A DNA stretch of 64,000 nt from a virus. A program made the position numbers and the translations under genes. This document shows positions 35,306 to 45,214 of this stretch, piece by piece (position 1 is the stretch's first letter; each line of letters begins with the position of its first letter). Under the pieces are notes generated by a model, which saw only the letters and a program-made list of their open reading frames with translations, searched no databases and was not told the origin of the DNA. The stretch lies in the IMG/VR virus record IMGVR_UViG_3300023084_000004. The stretch is one strand, 5' to 3'.

Positions 35306-36913
35306 TTAAATTTCCCATTCATCTTGAATTGCCTCGAATCCGTCTCGATCTACCATTGGACTGCCATCATCTATAAAGCCGAACGGTAATAATTCTTCTT
35401 CAATTTGTTCTTCAGTTTTCTGACGAAGCTTTAACAATGTATTTATGTCTGTAAGGTCTTTAAAAAAAGTTTGATCTGATAACCATGAAAAAATGACTAG
35501 GTTCATAACCAAATCATCATGAGAGCCAGATTCTGCTTCATATGAAGAGCCTTTTTTACTAAATCGTGATAACTCTTGTATTGTATTATAGTCTTGTACT
35601 ATAAGTTGATTCTGTTCAATCAACATTTTTAATATTGTACAACCAATAGATTTAACACTTTTAGTTGTACGTATTCCATTATCTACTCTTTTTCCAAATC
35701 CTGCCGAAATTCTTTTCCCAGATCTTCCTGCATTTTCGGTATAAAGAAGATTCTCATAACCATAGTCCATCAAGAGAACGTCTGATACTTGTTCACCAAT
35801 ATCATTAATTTCAATCAGAACAGCACTCTCATTGTACATTAATCCTATTCTATATATAATAGAAGCAAAATCTACTGGTGCAACCATATTATCTCTATAA
35901 ACACAAACTTGTTTATAAGGCATTTGTGTTACATCAATTACACAAAAGGTACTATAATCTAGACCTTTTCCTCTCGAAACATCAACAGTCATTACATAAG
36001 AATGGCCTTCTTGTGCGTTTTCATATTGAGATAACCCACTTTGTTCTGCTATAGGCCTTGAATATGCTAATTCTTTAAGTTTTGAACCATCAATAAGAGT
36101 ACCAGAACTTCCTAAGAATTGACAACAATATTCTTGTCTAAACTTTTCTTCATCATAATCTAATGCTTCAAGAGTTTCTTGCTTCCATTTATCATCTCTA
36201 CCTGGAACATCATTCCACATTACTTCAACATATTGATAACCATTTGTTCCTTCGCGCGCACCTTTGCAAGTTTTCCAAAAATGATTTAAACCATTTGGTG
36301 TTGAAGTCATTAATAACTTTGTGCTTTCACCTGCTGATATTGTTGGATATACTGAAGCAAAGAATTCATCAAATCCTTCAATAAATGCAACCTCATCAAG
36401 ATATAGGAACGAAATAGATTTACCACGAATTGCCGATGATGTTGTTGTACCTGCATATATTTTACAGCCATTTTCTAATGTGATATTACCTTTATTCCAT
36501 TCTTCAATACCTTGTTGCATCCATTTAGGTAAAGCTTCATAAGCAAGTTGTACTCTACTTAATACTTCTCTTGCTGCATCTCCTTTATTAGCAAGGATAG
36601 CAACTGTTTTAAACTCGTTAAAAAGTATATAATGAAGAATAACTGCAACAGCTGTAGTTGTCTTACCGCTTTGTCTAGCAGTTAATACAGCAACGCGTCT
36701 ATTATGAGTAATTTTTTCTGTAATTTCTTTTTGATAATCATACATTTCAAAAGGAACAAATCCTTTATCAACATGTACGATTTTAATATAATTTTCTGCG
36801 AAATATATTGGGTCTTCTGCACATTTCATATACTCTTTAATTTGCTCAGGAGTATATTCTATTTGCTCATTGGACCTTTTAAGGTAGGTATTACCTAAGT
36901 ATCCAACTGGCAT
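35306..36913 (-). CDS. gp17: terminase large subunit
   Basis: RQSGKTT, ILANK, YLDEVAF, STPNG.NHF, F.QEY.C.F.GS, DVSRG.G.DYS, HDDLVM. Confidence 0.98.
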   Translation of the reverse strand: MPVGYLGNTYLKRSNEQIEYTPEQIKEYMKCAEDPIYFAENYIKIVHVDKGFVPFEMYDYQKEITEKITHNRRVAVLTARQSGKTTTAVAVILHYILFNEFKTVAILANKGDAAREVLSRVQLAYEALPKWMQQGIEEWNKGNITLENGCKIYAGTTTSSAIRGKSISFLYLDEVAFIEGFDEFFASVYPTISAGESTKLLMTSTPNGLNHFWKTCKGAREGTNGYQYVEVMWNDVPGRDDKWKQETLEALDYDEEKFRQEYCCQFLGSSGTLIDGSKLKELAYSRPIAEQSGLSQYENAQEGHSYVMTVDVSRGKGLDYSTFCVIDVTQMPYKQVCVYRDNMVAPVDFASIIYRIGLMYNESAVLIEINDIGEQVSDVLLMDYGYENLLYTENAGRSGKRISAGFGKRVDNGIRTTKSVKSIGCTILKMLIEQNQLIVQDYNTIQELSRFSKKGSSYEAESGSHDDLVMNLVIFSWLSDQTFFKDLTDINTLLKLRQKTEEQIEEELLPFGFIDDGSPMVDRDGFEAIQDEWEI

Positions 36914-37380
36914 TATTCGTTTCCGTCTTTAATCATTTTCAATAAATCTGCAGTTGAGACAATAAGGTTATTATTAGTAACGTTTTGTGTTGTTGTTTGT
37001 TCTTCTTTTGCGTATCTTTTCTTTGTTGACATTTCAACATAATCTTTGTTTGCATCTAAGAGTGTTTTCATAAGAGTAGATACAACTTCAAAAGCTCTTG
37101 GTGATTCAGATTGTTTTGCAATTTCAACCATTTCTTTTACAGCATCATCACCTAAATTAATTATATTTTCAATATTTGCTTTTGCTAATTCAATATCTTT
37201 TAAATTTTCTTCAGCATTTTTATCATCAGATTGTATTGCAGGTAAAGTCTCTTGTCTTATAACTGGTAAGTCAGGTTGTTCTTCTTCAAGAGTTGCTTCA
37301 AATTCAGCCCTTAAATCTTCTTTAGCTTCATCAATAGGTCTCATATTAAGAGTCTCTGCAATTTTATTTTCTTTAGCCAT
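36913..37380 (-). CDS. gp16: terminase small subunit
   Basis: PRAFEVV..L.K, NNN.IVST.DL.K; abuts gp17. Confidence 0.9.
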   Translation of the reverse strand: MAKENKIAETLNMRPIDEAKEDLRAEFEATLEEEQPDLPVIRQETLPAIQSDDKNAEENLKDIELAKANIENIINLGDDAVKEMVEIAKQSESPRAFEVVSTLMKTLLDANKDYVEMSTKKRYAKEEQTTTQNVTNNNLIVSTADLLKMIKDGNE

Positions 37381-37786
37381 TTTTTTCTATTACTCTTTTT
37401 CTTAAGCCACTACTACTAAATCTATGATCTCTTTTATTAAAATACAAATCGATATCTCGTTTACGACAAATATCTTTTCCTGTGAAATCTTTATCACGAT
37501 ATTCTTCTCCTAATATACGAACATGAATTGTATATAGTTCTAAAATATCTTCAAGATCTCTTTCAGTAGCATAAGGTATAATTTCATCAACATAACTTAC
37601 TGCTTTTAATTGCGTATATCTTTCTACAACTGTTTGAATGGGTGAATTTTTTTCTGGCCTATCAACACTTGGATCGATTTGTAATGCGCATATTAAATAA
37701 TCACATTCTGTTTTAGCATCTCTTAACATCTGTACATGACCTGCGTGTAATAGATCAAATGTACTTGCGGTTAACCCTACTTTCAT
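37373..37786 (-). CDS. glycerol-3-phosphate cytidylyltransferase-like (TagD-type)
   Basis: FDLLHAGH, R..QL.A..YVDEI.PY.TE, G.EY, SSS.LR. Confidence 0.88.
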   Translation of the reverse strand: MKVGLTASTFDLLHAGHVQMLRDAKTECDYLICALQIDPSVDRPEKNSPIQTVVERYTQLKAVSYVDEIIPYATERDLEDILELYTIHVRILGEEYRDKDFTGKDICRKRDIDLYFNKRDHRFSSSGLRKRVIEKNG

Positions 37787-37815
37787 AATATATCTCCATA
37801 ATTAAATAACCTAAT

Positions 37816-37844
37816 ATTATAACATACTTTTTACAGAATGTCAA
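37816..37844 (-). promoter_or_regulatory. sigma70 promoter inside the late block
   Basis: Minus strand TTGACA-N17-TATAAT with TG extension. Confidence 0.85.
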
Positions 37845-38659
37845 CTAGAAGGTGCTGTATTTGCGATTTGATCGGCATAATCCCAATCGTCATCAAAATC
37901 AATTAAACTAAAATCAACAGATAAATCAGGATCTGTTGTCGGTTCATTATTAGCAGTCATACCTGGCTGCAATGTGTAAAATTCTTCTGGTGTTGTATTT
38001 GAAGTAATATCAGTATGATAACGAGTATCGATAAATTTAATAATACCTTTTTCTTTTTCTGGTCCAAAGAACCAGCCTTTCATAGTAAAGGTTAAAGTAT
38101 ATAATATACTACGTCTTTCATCAAAAGAACCTTCGTAGATGTCCTCCATAGATACACCATTTAACACTAATGGAATATCTATAGGATCTAACCCATCAAT
38201 AATTCTAGCTGTTCTAGTGTAATCTGGATTAAAGAATGGAATAATCTGTTCTAATAATTTAACTGCATCTTCTTGATATTTTGTCATAATATAAAGAGAA
38301 AATTCCATGTTGTATGGAACACCTGCATAATGAAATTTACGACCACTTACGTCATTAGATACAGTATTTTTTCTTATTTTTGTAATCGGTGAAATTTTAC
38401 GGTCAGCATCATAACTCATACTATTCATTTCAAAAGACATGCGAGGTAATTGAATTGCTGCTTTTGCTTTAAAATCTGGATTTTGTTCTAGTCTTGCAAG
38501 AATCTTTTGAAATGGTGCATAAGAAATAGGCACAATCATTTCTTGTTGAGTAATGTTACCATTATCAACTCTTAAAACTTTTAACTGATTAAAATATGTA
38601 CCAAATAATGCTACATATTTTCTTAGTGTTGCGTTATAAAAATAATTTGCAATTGCCAT
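37841..38659 (-). CDS. gp15: tail sheath stabiliser/terminator
   Basis: YFY...RKYV..FG..FN, VP.SYAP..K, LPRMSFE, VPYN..F.L, EQI.PFF.P. Confidence 0.95.
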   Translation of the reverse strand: MAIANYFYNATLRKYVALFGTYFNQLKVLRVDNGNITQQEMIVPISYAPFQKILARLEQNPDFKAKAAIQLPRMSFEMNSMSYDADRKISPITKIRKNTVSNDVSGRKFHYAGVPYNMEFSLYIMTKYQEDAVKLLEQIIPFFNPDYTRTARIIDGLDPIDIPLVLNGVSMEDIYEGSFDERRSILYTLTFTMKGWFFGPEKEKGIIKFIDTRYHTDITSNTTPEEFYTLQPGMTANNEPTTDPDLSVDFSLIDFDDDWDYADQIANTAPSS

Positions 38660-39348
38660 TATGTGTCGCTAATATTAATGTTTTCAGTAAATGGATCACT
38701 TTCTGAAAAATCAAGAATATTATCTCCTTCTGTTTCGAATGTATAGTTTCTCGCTAATGCATCACTACCATCAGCTTCTGTATTTGCAAGTGCTTGAAGT
38801 GTTGTTGTTTGAGTGGTATCAATTGAATCAAAGTAATTATCAATATTCTCATAGCCGGTAGCAAACCTTTGACCCGTATATTCTATTAATTCACAACGAA
38901 CATCATATACTTGTAATGCACCACTTTGATAGAATACACTTTCATGTTCTGTAAATTTAATTTCAAACATCTTCTCATTTAATGGGAAGTAAATTAAATC
39001 ACCTTCACGAGGTCTTATAAGAGTTTCTACTTCACGAGTAACGTAGCGTTCGAATGTTCTGTTTGCTATTGAAAATGTAACTTGGTCTCTGATTTGTAGA
39101 CCAAATTTAGATAGGAAATCGCCTTCACCTTCAAATCCATCAACGGTTTTAACATAAGCTTCAAATTGAAATACGGTATCGTATAAAGGAAGATCATCTT
39201 CATTAAATACTTTATCAATTGCACCATGTGAACGGCTGACGTATATAACGTCAACACCATACATTTTAATGCTTTCAATTACAAGATCATCAATAAGTTG
39301 TTGCTCATTGAAGTTATCGTAATTTCTGAAGAATACATTTGTTGCCAT
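38659..39348 (-). CDS. gp14: neck protein
   Basis: EQ.LI.DL..ESI..YG.DV.Y, GF.GEGD.LSKFG, P.EGDLIYFP, FEIKF.E. Confidence 0.95.
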   Translation of the reverse strand: MATNVFFRNYDNFNEQQLIDDLVIESIKMYGVDVIYVSRSHGAIDKVFNEDDLPLYDTVFQFEAYVKTVDGFEGEGDFLSKFGLQIRDQVTFSIANRTFERYVTREVETLIRPREGDLIYFPLNEKMFEIKFTEHESVFYQSGALQVYDVRCELIEYTGQRFATGYENIDNYFDSIDTTQTTTLQALANTEADGSDALARNYTFETEGDNILDFSESDPFTENINISDT

Positions 39349-39355
39349 TTAAACA

Positions 39356-40099
39356 TTACCCAATAAAGTTATAGGTGAGAGGCTGATAAGCTCGTATCGC
39401 TTCTTCTTCCATATTTCTTCTTTCTTCGCGTGCTTCTGATAGAATTTGTTCTCCATTAAATGATACACCGCCAACTAATTGCATGTTGGTAAATTTAGTT
39501 AAGTTAAGTCCCCATTGCTCTCTTACTAAAACAGTTGCATAGTTTTGCAACCATCTGTCTCCCCAAACATCTGAGTAAGTAGATGGGTCAATAACATCAT
39601 ATGCTTCAATGATAATATATTCACCAGGAGTTAAAAACTCTTTTTCAACATCTATATAAAGACGATTAACATGTTTATTATATCTTATCATTGGTTTTCC
39701 TACAAGAATTTCTTGTAAGAATTGAAGATGGCTCATTGCCATATAATAGTTTTGAACATTATAGCCTGTAATATCTTGAATGTTATTTAATACAAACTGA
39801 TATTGAACATTAAAAATGCCTGAGCCTGTAGAAAGGTTTGTTGTAAGAGGAAAAATACCAGAAATACCTAACAATCCATCGGGCAAAGAAATGTATCCGT
39901 TATTCTTATCGTCTTCAGTAATTTGGTGTTTTAAATAAACGAGTTGACTTCCATTATAATGATAATCTCTCCAAAAAGAAACAGCTTCGTCTATACGATC
40001 TTCAACCTGTTCATCTGACACGTTTACTTCAATAACGGGCGCACCGATTTTTCGGAGGATATAATCCTTGAAAAGTTCTCTTGAATTCGGTATTGACAT
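39356..40099 (-). CDS. gp13: neck protein
   Basis: P.SR..K.Y.LR..GAPV..VNV...Q..DR.DEA, WL..YAT....QWG.NL.KF, GGV..NG. Confidence 0.95.
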   Translation of the reverse strand: MSIPNSRELFKDYILRKIGAPVIEVNVSDEQVEDRIDEAVSFWRDYHYNGSQLVYLKHQITEDDKNNGYISLPDGLLGISGIFPLTTNLSTGSGIFNVQYQFVLNNIQDITGYNVQNYYMAMSHLQFLQEILVGKPMIRYNKHVNRLYIDVEKEFLTPGEYIIIEAYDVIDPSTYSDVWGDRWLQNYATVLVREQWGLNLTKFTNMQLVGGVSFNGEQILSEAREERRNMEEEAIRAYQPLTYNFIG

Positions 40100-40147
40100 G
40101 TTATTCTATTTCCATTAATTTATTAATATTTATTTTAATTATCTGCT

Positions 40148-40816
40148 TTATGGTGAATCAGCCTCAGAGTCTAAGTCTACTCTAATTTGCCATAATTTTG
40201 TATCATCATATCCAGATACACGACCCCAAAATTCAACAACCCATGTAATATTATTTCCAGACATAGCACCGGAACCTGCAGCAGCTTGGTTTGCAAACTC
40301 AACAGTAATGTTATCTCCTGTATTATTTGTTGCTAACCAAGTATCATTCACATAACTATTCTCAAATGTTACAGAAGAACTGTTACTTCCGTATTGCTGT
40401 AGTGTAGACTGAGAATATTTCATCTTAATATGAGTTGGTGTATAAGCGCTTTGAAGAATTTGCCAAACATCATCTGCACTATCAAATGCGCTAGTTGTTA
40501 AATTTGTATAAGAACCACCTACTGCATATTTTCTTGAGTAGCTACTAGTTACATCACCATTTGTTGTAAGAGCTGATCTACGTGCCTGTATTTCCATTCC
40601 ACTTGCAAGTCTCATAAATTTAAGTTCGATTCCGCATGCTGATAAAGATGATGCTCCAGACGAAAAAGAAAAAGCAGCACTATCAAGTCCAAGCCCATCA
40701 TCAGAATTTTGGACATATTCAATTGCTGATCCAGTTGGAATAGGATTACCTGAAGTTCCGCCTGTTCCACCAGTTACTGTTAATCCTGAAGCTGTGTTAT
40801 AAGTATGTGTTGCCAT
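40148..40816 (-). CDS. hypothetical S/T/G-rich virion protein
   Basis: MATHTYNT start at 40816, TAATG-coupled. Confidence 0.6.
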   Translation of the reverse strand: MATHTYNTASGLTVTGGTGGTSGNPIPTGSAIEYVQNSDDGLGLDSAAFSFSSGASSLSACGIELKFMRLASGMEIQARRSALTTNGDVTSSYSRKYAVGGSYTNLTTSAFDSADDVWQILQSAYTPTHIKMKYSQSTLQQYGSNSSSVTFENSYVNDTWLATNNTGDNITVEFANQAAAGSGAMSGNNITWVVEFWGRVSGYDDTKLWQIRVDLDSEADSP

Positions 40817-41649
40817 TATGCTGTTCCTTCCCATTCACATTGATAATAACCAGTGGCAAGTATATTTGAACCACCAGAATCAGAAGCAATTTCTACTTTC
40901 ATTGTTCCAGACTCGTTTCCGTATGAACTGATATCTCTCGCGTCTCTATATCTAAATGTTCTCGTTGTTGTTAGTGCTATCCAAGCATTTAATGTAGCAC
41001 TATCACCAGTGCTTAAATTGTTACCAGCAAAATTACTGACTCGAATATAATATGTGGTACTAGGTGTTGTGTTAACCCACGTTGATGTAGAATATAAGTA
41101 TGTTCCAGCACCACTTACATTATAAATGTTTTCATATTTGTAAATATTGCCGTTAGAATCAAAAGTCCAACCCATAACAAGATCGTCAAGTCCACCACTC
41201 TGGTCAAAGAAACTTATAGGTGTACCTGTGGTACCTTCTAATGAAACTGTTTCTGATGGAGGGCCACCACTTGTTGCCGTAAACCCAACAGCGTTTGCTC
41301 TTATTTCAGATGCAGAAACACAAGTTGCATAAACTTGCCAATGCTGATAATTACCCCATGTAGGTTCTGTATTGCTTACCCAATTCCAAGAAGCAGGAAA
41401 AGTTGGTGTATAATAATTTGTAGATGTATCTAATAAGAGAGTTGCTGTTCTGCCGGCGGCCATACCAGATTCTGTAAATGTGGTTGCTGCAGCTAAAGTA
41501 CACGACATCATAGGTGTAGTAAAATTGACATTATCAGTTATTGCTATAGGAGATGAACGAAGATTCGTAAAATAACCAGTAGCATCGGTAATGTTTTTTA
41601 ATTTTCTATTATCATCTACTACAATTGTTGAACTAATTTTAATTGCCAT
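40816..41649 (-). CDS. virion protein, MAIK-family paralog
   Basis: Shared N-terminal domain (TLLLD..PTFP..W....PTW....W). Confidence 0.6.
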   Translation of the reverse strand: MAIKISSTIVVDDNRKLKNITDATGYFTNLRSSPIAITDNVNFTTPMMSCTLAAATTFTESGMAAGRTATLLLDTSTNYYTPTFPASWNWVSNTEPTWGNYQHWQVYATCVSASEIRANAVGFTATSGGPPSETVSLEGTTGTPISFFDQSGGLDDLVMGWTFDSNGNIYKYENIYNVSGAGTYLYSTSTWVNTTPSTTYYIRVSNFAGNNLSTGDSATLNAWIALTTTRTFRYRDARDISSYGNESGTMKVEIASDSGGSNILATGYYQCEWEGTA

Positions 41650-41822
41650 TATGATTCACCCAACGTTATTAGACCTTTTACTTTGAGAATTTGTCTTTTT
41701 ATTTGTTCTTTTTGCTCTTGTGGATCGTCATGTTCTGGTATAGTATACCATACTTCCACTTCATTATTACTTGAATCTTTTTGACAAATACATATTTGTA
41801 TATTTTTTCCTGTTTTTGCCAT
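41649..41822 (-). CDS. 57-aa hypothetical protein (not in track)
   Basis: MAKTGKNIQICIC...LGES; TAATG-coupled to the next gene. Confidence 0.6.
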   Translation of the reverse strand: MAKTGKNIQICICQKDSSNNEVEVWYTIPEHDDPQEQKEQIKRQILKVKGLITLGES

Positions 41823-41823
41823 C

Positions 41824-42222
41824 TTATGCTCCCCAACTCGTTGCTACAGCTCTTATTACACTTGAATCCCAACAAGTAAAAACAATTTGCCAATATCTTG
41901 CTCCAGTAAATGATGGTGTTGTATCATTTGCCCATTTAACATCTGTATCAAAAGTTGGTGCATATCCATTTGCACTAATATCTAAAATGAGTGTGTGCAT
42001 TTTTCCAGCCGCTCGGTTTGTCATATTTGCATTTGCGAATGTTGTTGCTGCAGTTAATGTACACTTATTAAAAGTTCTATCAAAATTTATAGTACCTACT
42101 CCACCGCCTGGAGTTGTAAACGACAAAGGCTGAAAATCTCCATAATTTCCTTCCATACCAGTAATATTAAGAAACTCTTGAAAGTTGTTTATTATTTCTG
42201 TTCCGCCTATTTTAATTGACAT
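41824..42222 (-). CDS. virion protein, MAIK-family paralog (shared domain only)
   Basis: MSIKIGG.., TLILD..PTF..VKW...PSF....YW. Confidence 0.6.
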   Translation of the reverse strand: MSIKIGGTEIINNFQEFLNITGMEGNYGDFQPLSFTTPGGGVGTINFDRTFNKCTLTAATTFANANMTNRAAGKMHTLILDISANGYAPTFDTDVKWANDTTPSFTGARYWQIVFTCWDSSVIRAVATSWGA

Positions 42223-42232
42223 ATTTTATTCC

Positions 42233-43177
42233 TTAAAGTGCTGGAGTACCTTCAGACGCTGTTAATGTCATTGCATTTCCTGGTGTTTCACCTGTTGAAT
42301 AGAAAGTACCTTCATTAGAAACAAGTTTTACACGAAAATCTGGATTTGCTGAACCGAAATCAGCTGTTGTAATTGTTGTTACAGGGTTACTAGTATTTGG
42401 ATCACCTTCGGCCATCCAAGAAAATTGTCTTGCACCTGGAGAAGCTGGTACATTGTAATATGTTCCTGAATTATAACCGTCTGAAGCTGGAGTTGGCCCA
42501 AAACTGTAATTAGATGCATTACAGTCACCTTGGCAAGATTGACCTGAAACATTATATTGAACCTGAATACCAGTACTAGCATCAATACCAGTCATTCCAG
42601 TATAGTTTATATAGTCTGTATAAACTGTTGCTTGAGCTGCGCTTGTTCCACTTGCATAGTTAACTATTATTCTGCTATTTGCATCATCACGAGCGAATTC
42701 TACAAATAACCAAGCTTGTGGAAATCCAACACTTGAATTAATACTTCTACTCATTTGCAAACTAGTTAATGAAAAACCACTATCCATTGATGAAGATTGT
42801 GTACCAGCCGCATCATAAGGAAGTGCTGTTGCTCTAACAGTAGAAGCATCCCAACAAGTTAAAGTAACTGTCCAAAATCTATTTGAGGACCATGTAATTG
42901 CTGTTGGAAATTTAACTTCTGAAGGCCAAGTAGGCGCGTATGGTGTTGTACTTGTGTCAAGCAATAAAGTAACTTGCTTTCCAGTGTTTCTATTTGATGT
43001 AGTAAACGTAACATTGCTGGTCATTGCCAGCGTAACGAATGGTTTTGTGAAATCTATATCTGTGGTAATTGCATTTACAAGAGGATGAAAATTAGTAAAT
43101 AATCCTTCAAATTCTGCAACGTTTTCTAATGCAAAACTGTTATTGATAACAGTTTGTGAACCTACTTTAATCGCCAT
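42233..43177 (-). CDS. virion protein, MAIK-family paralog
   Basis: MAIKVGS.., TLLLD..PTW..VKF....W....FW; late promoter upstream. Confidence 0.6.
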   Translation of the reverse strand: MAIKVGSQTVINNSFALENVAEFEGLFTNFHPLVNAITTDIDFTKPFVTLAMTSNVTFTTSNRNTGKQVTLLLDTSTTPYAPTWPSEVKFPTAITWSSNRFWTVTLTCWDASTVRATALPYDAAGTQSSSMDSGFSLTSLQMSRSINSSVGFPQAWLFVEFARDDANSRIIVNYASGTSAAQATVYTDYINYTGMTGIDASTGIQVQYNVSGQSCQGDCNASNYSFGPTPASDGYNSGTYYNVPASPGARQFSWMAEGDPNTSNPVTTITTADFGSANPDFRVKLVSNEGTFYSTGETPGNAMTLTASEGTPAL

Positions 43178-43220
43178 CTTCGTCTCCTGACTATTAGCGT
43201 GTTAATTTAATTTATAGTTC

Positions 43221-43228
43221 TATTTATA
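43221..43228 (-). promoter_or_regulatory. T4-type late promoter
   Basis: TATAAATA. Confidence 0.75.
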
Positions 43229-43229
43229 A

Positions 43230-43982
43230 CTAGTCTCGTCTTTCGATGTCATCTTCAGTAAGAATATTTCCTAACCAAACTTCAATAACTTTAGCATCAA
43301 CATTACTAATATTAGTTGCTTTATGCCAAGTATTAACAGGAATATCTATACTCTCACCAGTATTATATGTTTTTGTTAATCTATCACCATTTGGATATTC
43401 TAAATCCATCTTAATTTTACCACTGACTACGTGCCAATGTTCAGATCTATGAGAGTGTTTTTGATCACTTAAAGATCTTCCTTTAGTAAAGGAAAGTTCT
43501 TTTACTTGCCAAGTTGTATTATTATTTAATACTTTATATGTTCCCCATTTTCGTTTTGTGACTGGGTGTTTCCATTCCTCTAAAATCCAACTTGAACTAT
43601 TTGATTTTTCTGAACCGCCTACACCAAACTCAAACTCAACATCATCAAAAATCATTTCTGGAATATTTTCTTTTGTTCTATCTCCACCATTTACAAAAAC
43701 AATTGTGTCATTTGGAAATTTTTCTTTTACTTTTCTTATACAATCAATTGCTGTATCATCTGAATCGTCGAAATCCATTACATTATCAACACTTGCTAAT
43801 CCATTTACAATTGATGCTCGCTCATACCAAGGCATAAAGTTTTTACCCTTTTTTCTTATGAGCCATTCATCAGAATTAATACCTACAATAAGTCTTGTTC
43901 CATAGGTTGCTGCATCTTTTAAATATTTAATATGTCCAGAATGAATTGGATCAAATCCACCTGTTGCTATTACTGTAATCAT
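43230..43982 (-). CDS. cytidylyltransferase (RfaE-like) fused to a mannose-6-P-isomerase-type cupin
   Basis: GGFDPIHSGH, F.NGGDR, R.WG.Y.VL, LS.QKH.HRSEHW.VV.G, I.IP...WH. Confidence 0.88.
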   Translation of the reverse strand: MITVIATGGFDPIHSGHIKYLKDAATYGTRLIVGINSDEWLIRKKGKNFMPWYERASIVNGLASVDNVMDFDDSDDTAIDCIRKVKEKFPNDTIVFVNGGDRTKENIPEMIFDDVEFEFGVGGSEKSNSSSWILEEWKHPVTKRKWGTYKVLNNNTTWQVKELSFTKGRSLSDQKHSHRSEHWHVVSGKIKMDLEYPNGDRLTKTYNTGESIDIPVNTWHKATNISNVDAKVIEVWLGNILTEDDIERRD

Positions 43983-45211
43983 ATTTGTAACTCATTTTTT
44001 TCTGTTAAAGGTTCCATAAAATAATCAAATATAAAATTAACATGATTAGATGTCGCTAATAATTTAGATGGAATATCAACTAAATCTGGATGTGCATACC
44101 AGTCTTCATAAGAATGTTCTGGAGTAAATCCAACATCGCTAACAACTAATTTATATCCATGTTGCATTAATATTTGTCTTGCTTCATCGCGTATTTCTGT
44201 TCCTAATCGATAACAATCATGTTCAAATGTTATAATACCAAATTTGTGAGTATTGAATGGAAGCTTCTTTAAAATGTCTAAAGATGCTTCATCACAATCT
44301 ATTTGTAAATAATCAAATGTTGGTTCTACACAATGTTTTTCAAATAAATCTTCCCAGTTTGTTTCTGTTGCATCTAAACATATAACCGTATTATTTCTTT
44401 CTTCTTTAAATTGATAACATAATGCTGGAGAATTATCAACAGAAATACCTTTCCAACCAAATTTAGTTTCAAGTAAAGCTGTATTATTATGAATAAATGG
44501 CTGACCAGATCCTATTTCTAAGTAAGTTCCATTTCTTTTACCATTCAACATAGTTAAGACAAACATATCTTGAAAATGTTTAGAATAATTTTTTATTATA
44601 CTTTGTAAGCCTGGAAACGTATGCTTAAGTCGATGTTCGTCGTGTTTTTTATAAGGAATAGTATCAGGATATCCAATTTGCTTAAGCATTTGCTCAGCTC
44701 TATTTTTAAGTTCACCCTCTAATATAACTTTATGTTTTAAATCAAATAATTTGTGTTTACCAGATTGTTGACCAGCAATATACCAAGTAGCCATTGAATT
44801 AAGAAAGGCTAAAACTTTTCTTCCTGGATAACCAACATGAATTTCAGGTAATACTCTTTCGGCCATTAATCCTAGATTTGCATGAGTTAGACATTGTTTC
44901 CACATTCCTCTTTCGCAATAATGATTTGATAAAAAGAAATGTGCTTCTGGTCTATCTGGCATTAAAGCCGCAGCATCGTGATAAGCACCTTCAACAGTAA
45001 AGTTTCTTCCACCTTGTCTTTCATATGACTTACCAAGTAATATCATACATTTATATTGAAGTTGTTTATCATTAGTTAAGTCTGCAGTTTTAAGATATAA
45101 AGAAACTGCCATAGCTCCTTGTTCTAATCCATCATATTCTTGTGCTAAACGAAAAAGCTTTTCTGGATTTTTAGGATCGAGTACGTGTTCATTCAATAAT
45201 TCTTGCAACAT
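43979..45211 (-). CDS. TPR-like plus FkbM-family methyltransferase fusion
   Basis: N-terminal helical repeats (RPEA.F.L); QD.FVL..L...NG.YLEIG, G.GI.VD, DYLQIDC, I.TFEHD. Confidence 0.8.
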   Translation of the reverse strand: MLQELLNEHVLDPKNPEKLFRLAQEYDGLEQGAMAVSLYLKTADLTNDKQLQYKCMILLGKSYERQGGRNFTVEGAYHDAAALMPDRPEAHFFLSNHYCERGMWKQCLTHANLGLMAERVLPEIHVGYPGRKVLAFLNSMATWYIAGQQSGKHKLFDLKHKVILEGELKNRAEQMLKQIGYPDTIPYKKHDEHRLKHTFPGLQSIIKNYSKHFQDMFVLTMLNGKRNGTYLEIGSGQPFIHNNTALLETKFGWKGISVDNSPALCYQFKEERNNTVICLDATETNWEDLFEKHCVEPTFDYLQIDCDEASLDILKKLPFNTHKFGIITFEHDCYRLGTEIRDEARQILMQHGYKLVVSDVGFTPEHSYEDWYAHPDLVDIPSKLLATSNHVNFIFDYFMEPLTEKNELQI

Positions 45212-45214
45212 AAT

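Noticed and set aside
26609-40099. Inteins, introns, frameshifts or stop-codon recoding in core genes
   Set aside because: All core ORFs are continuous, have typical T4-like lengths under the standard code, and TAA, TAG and TGA are all seen as stops in the window
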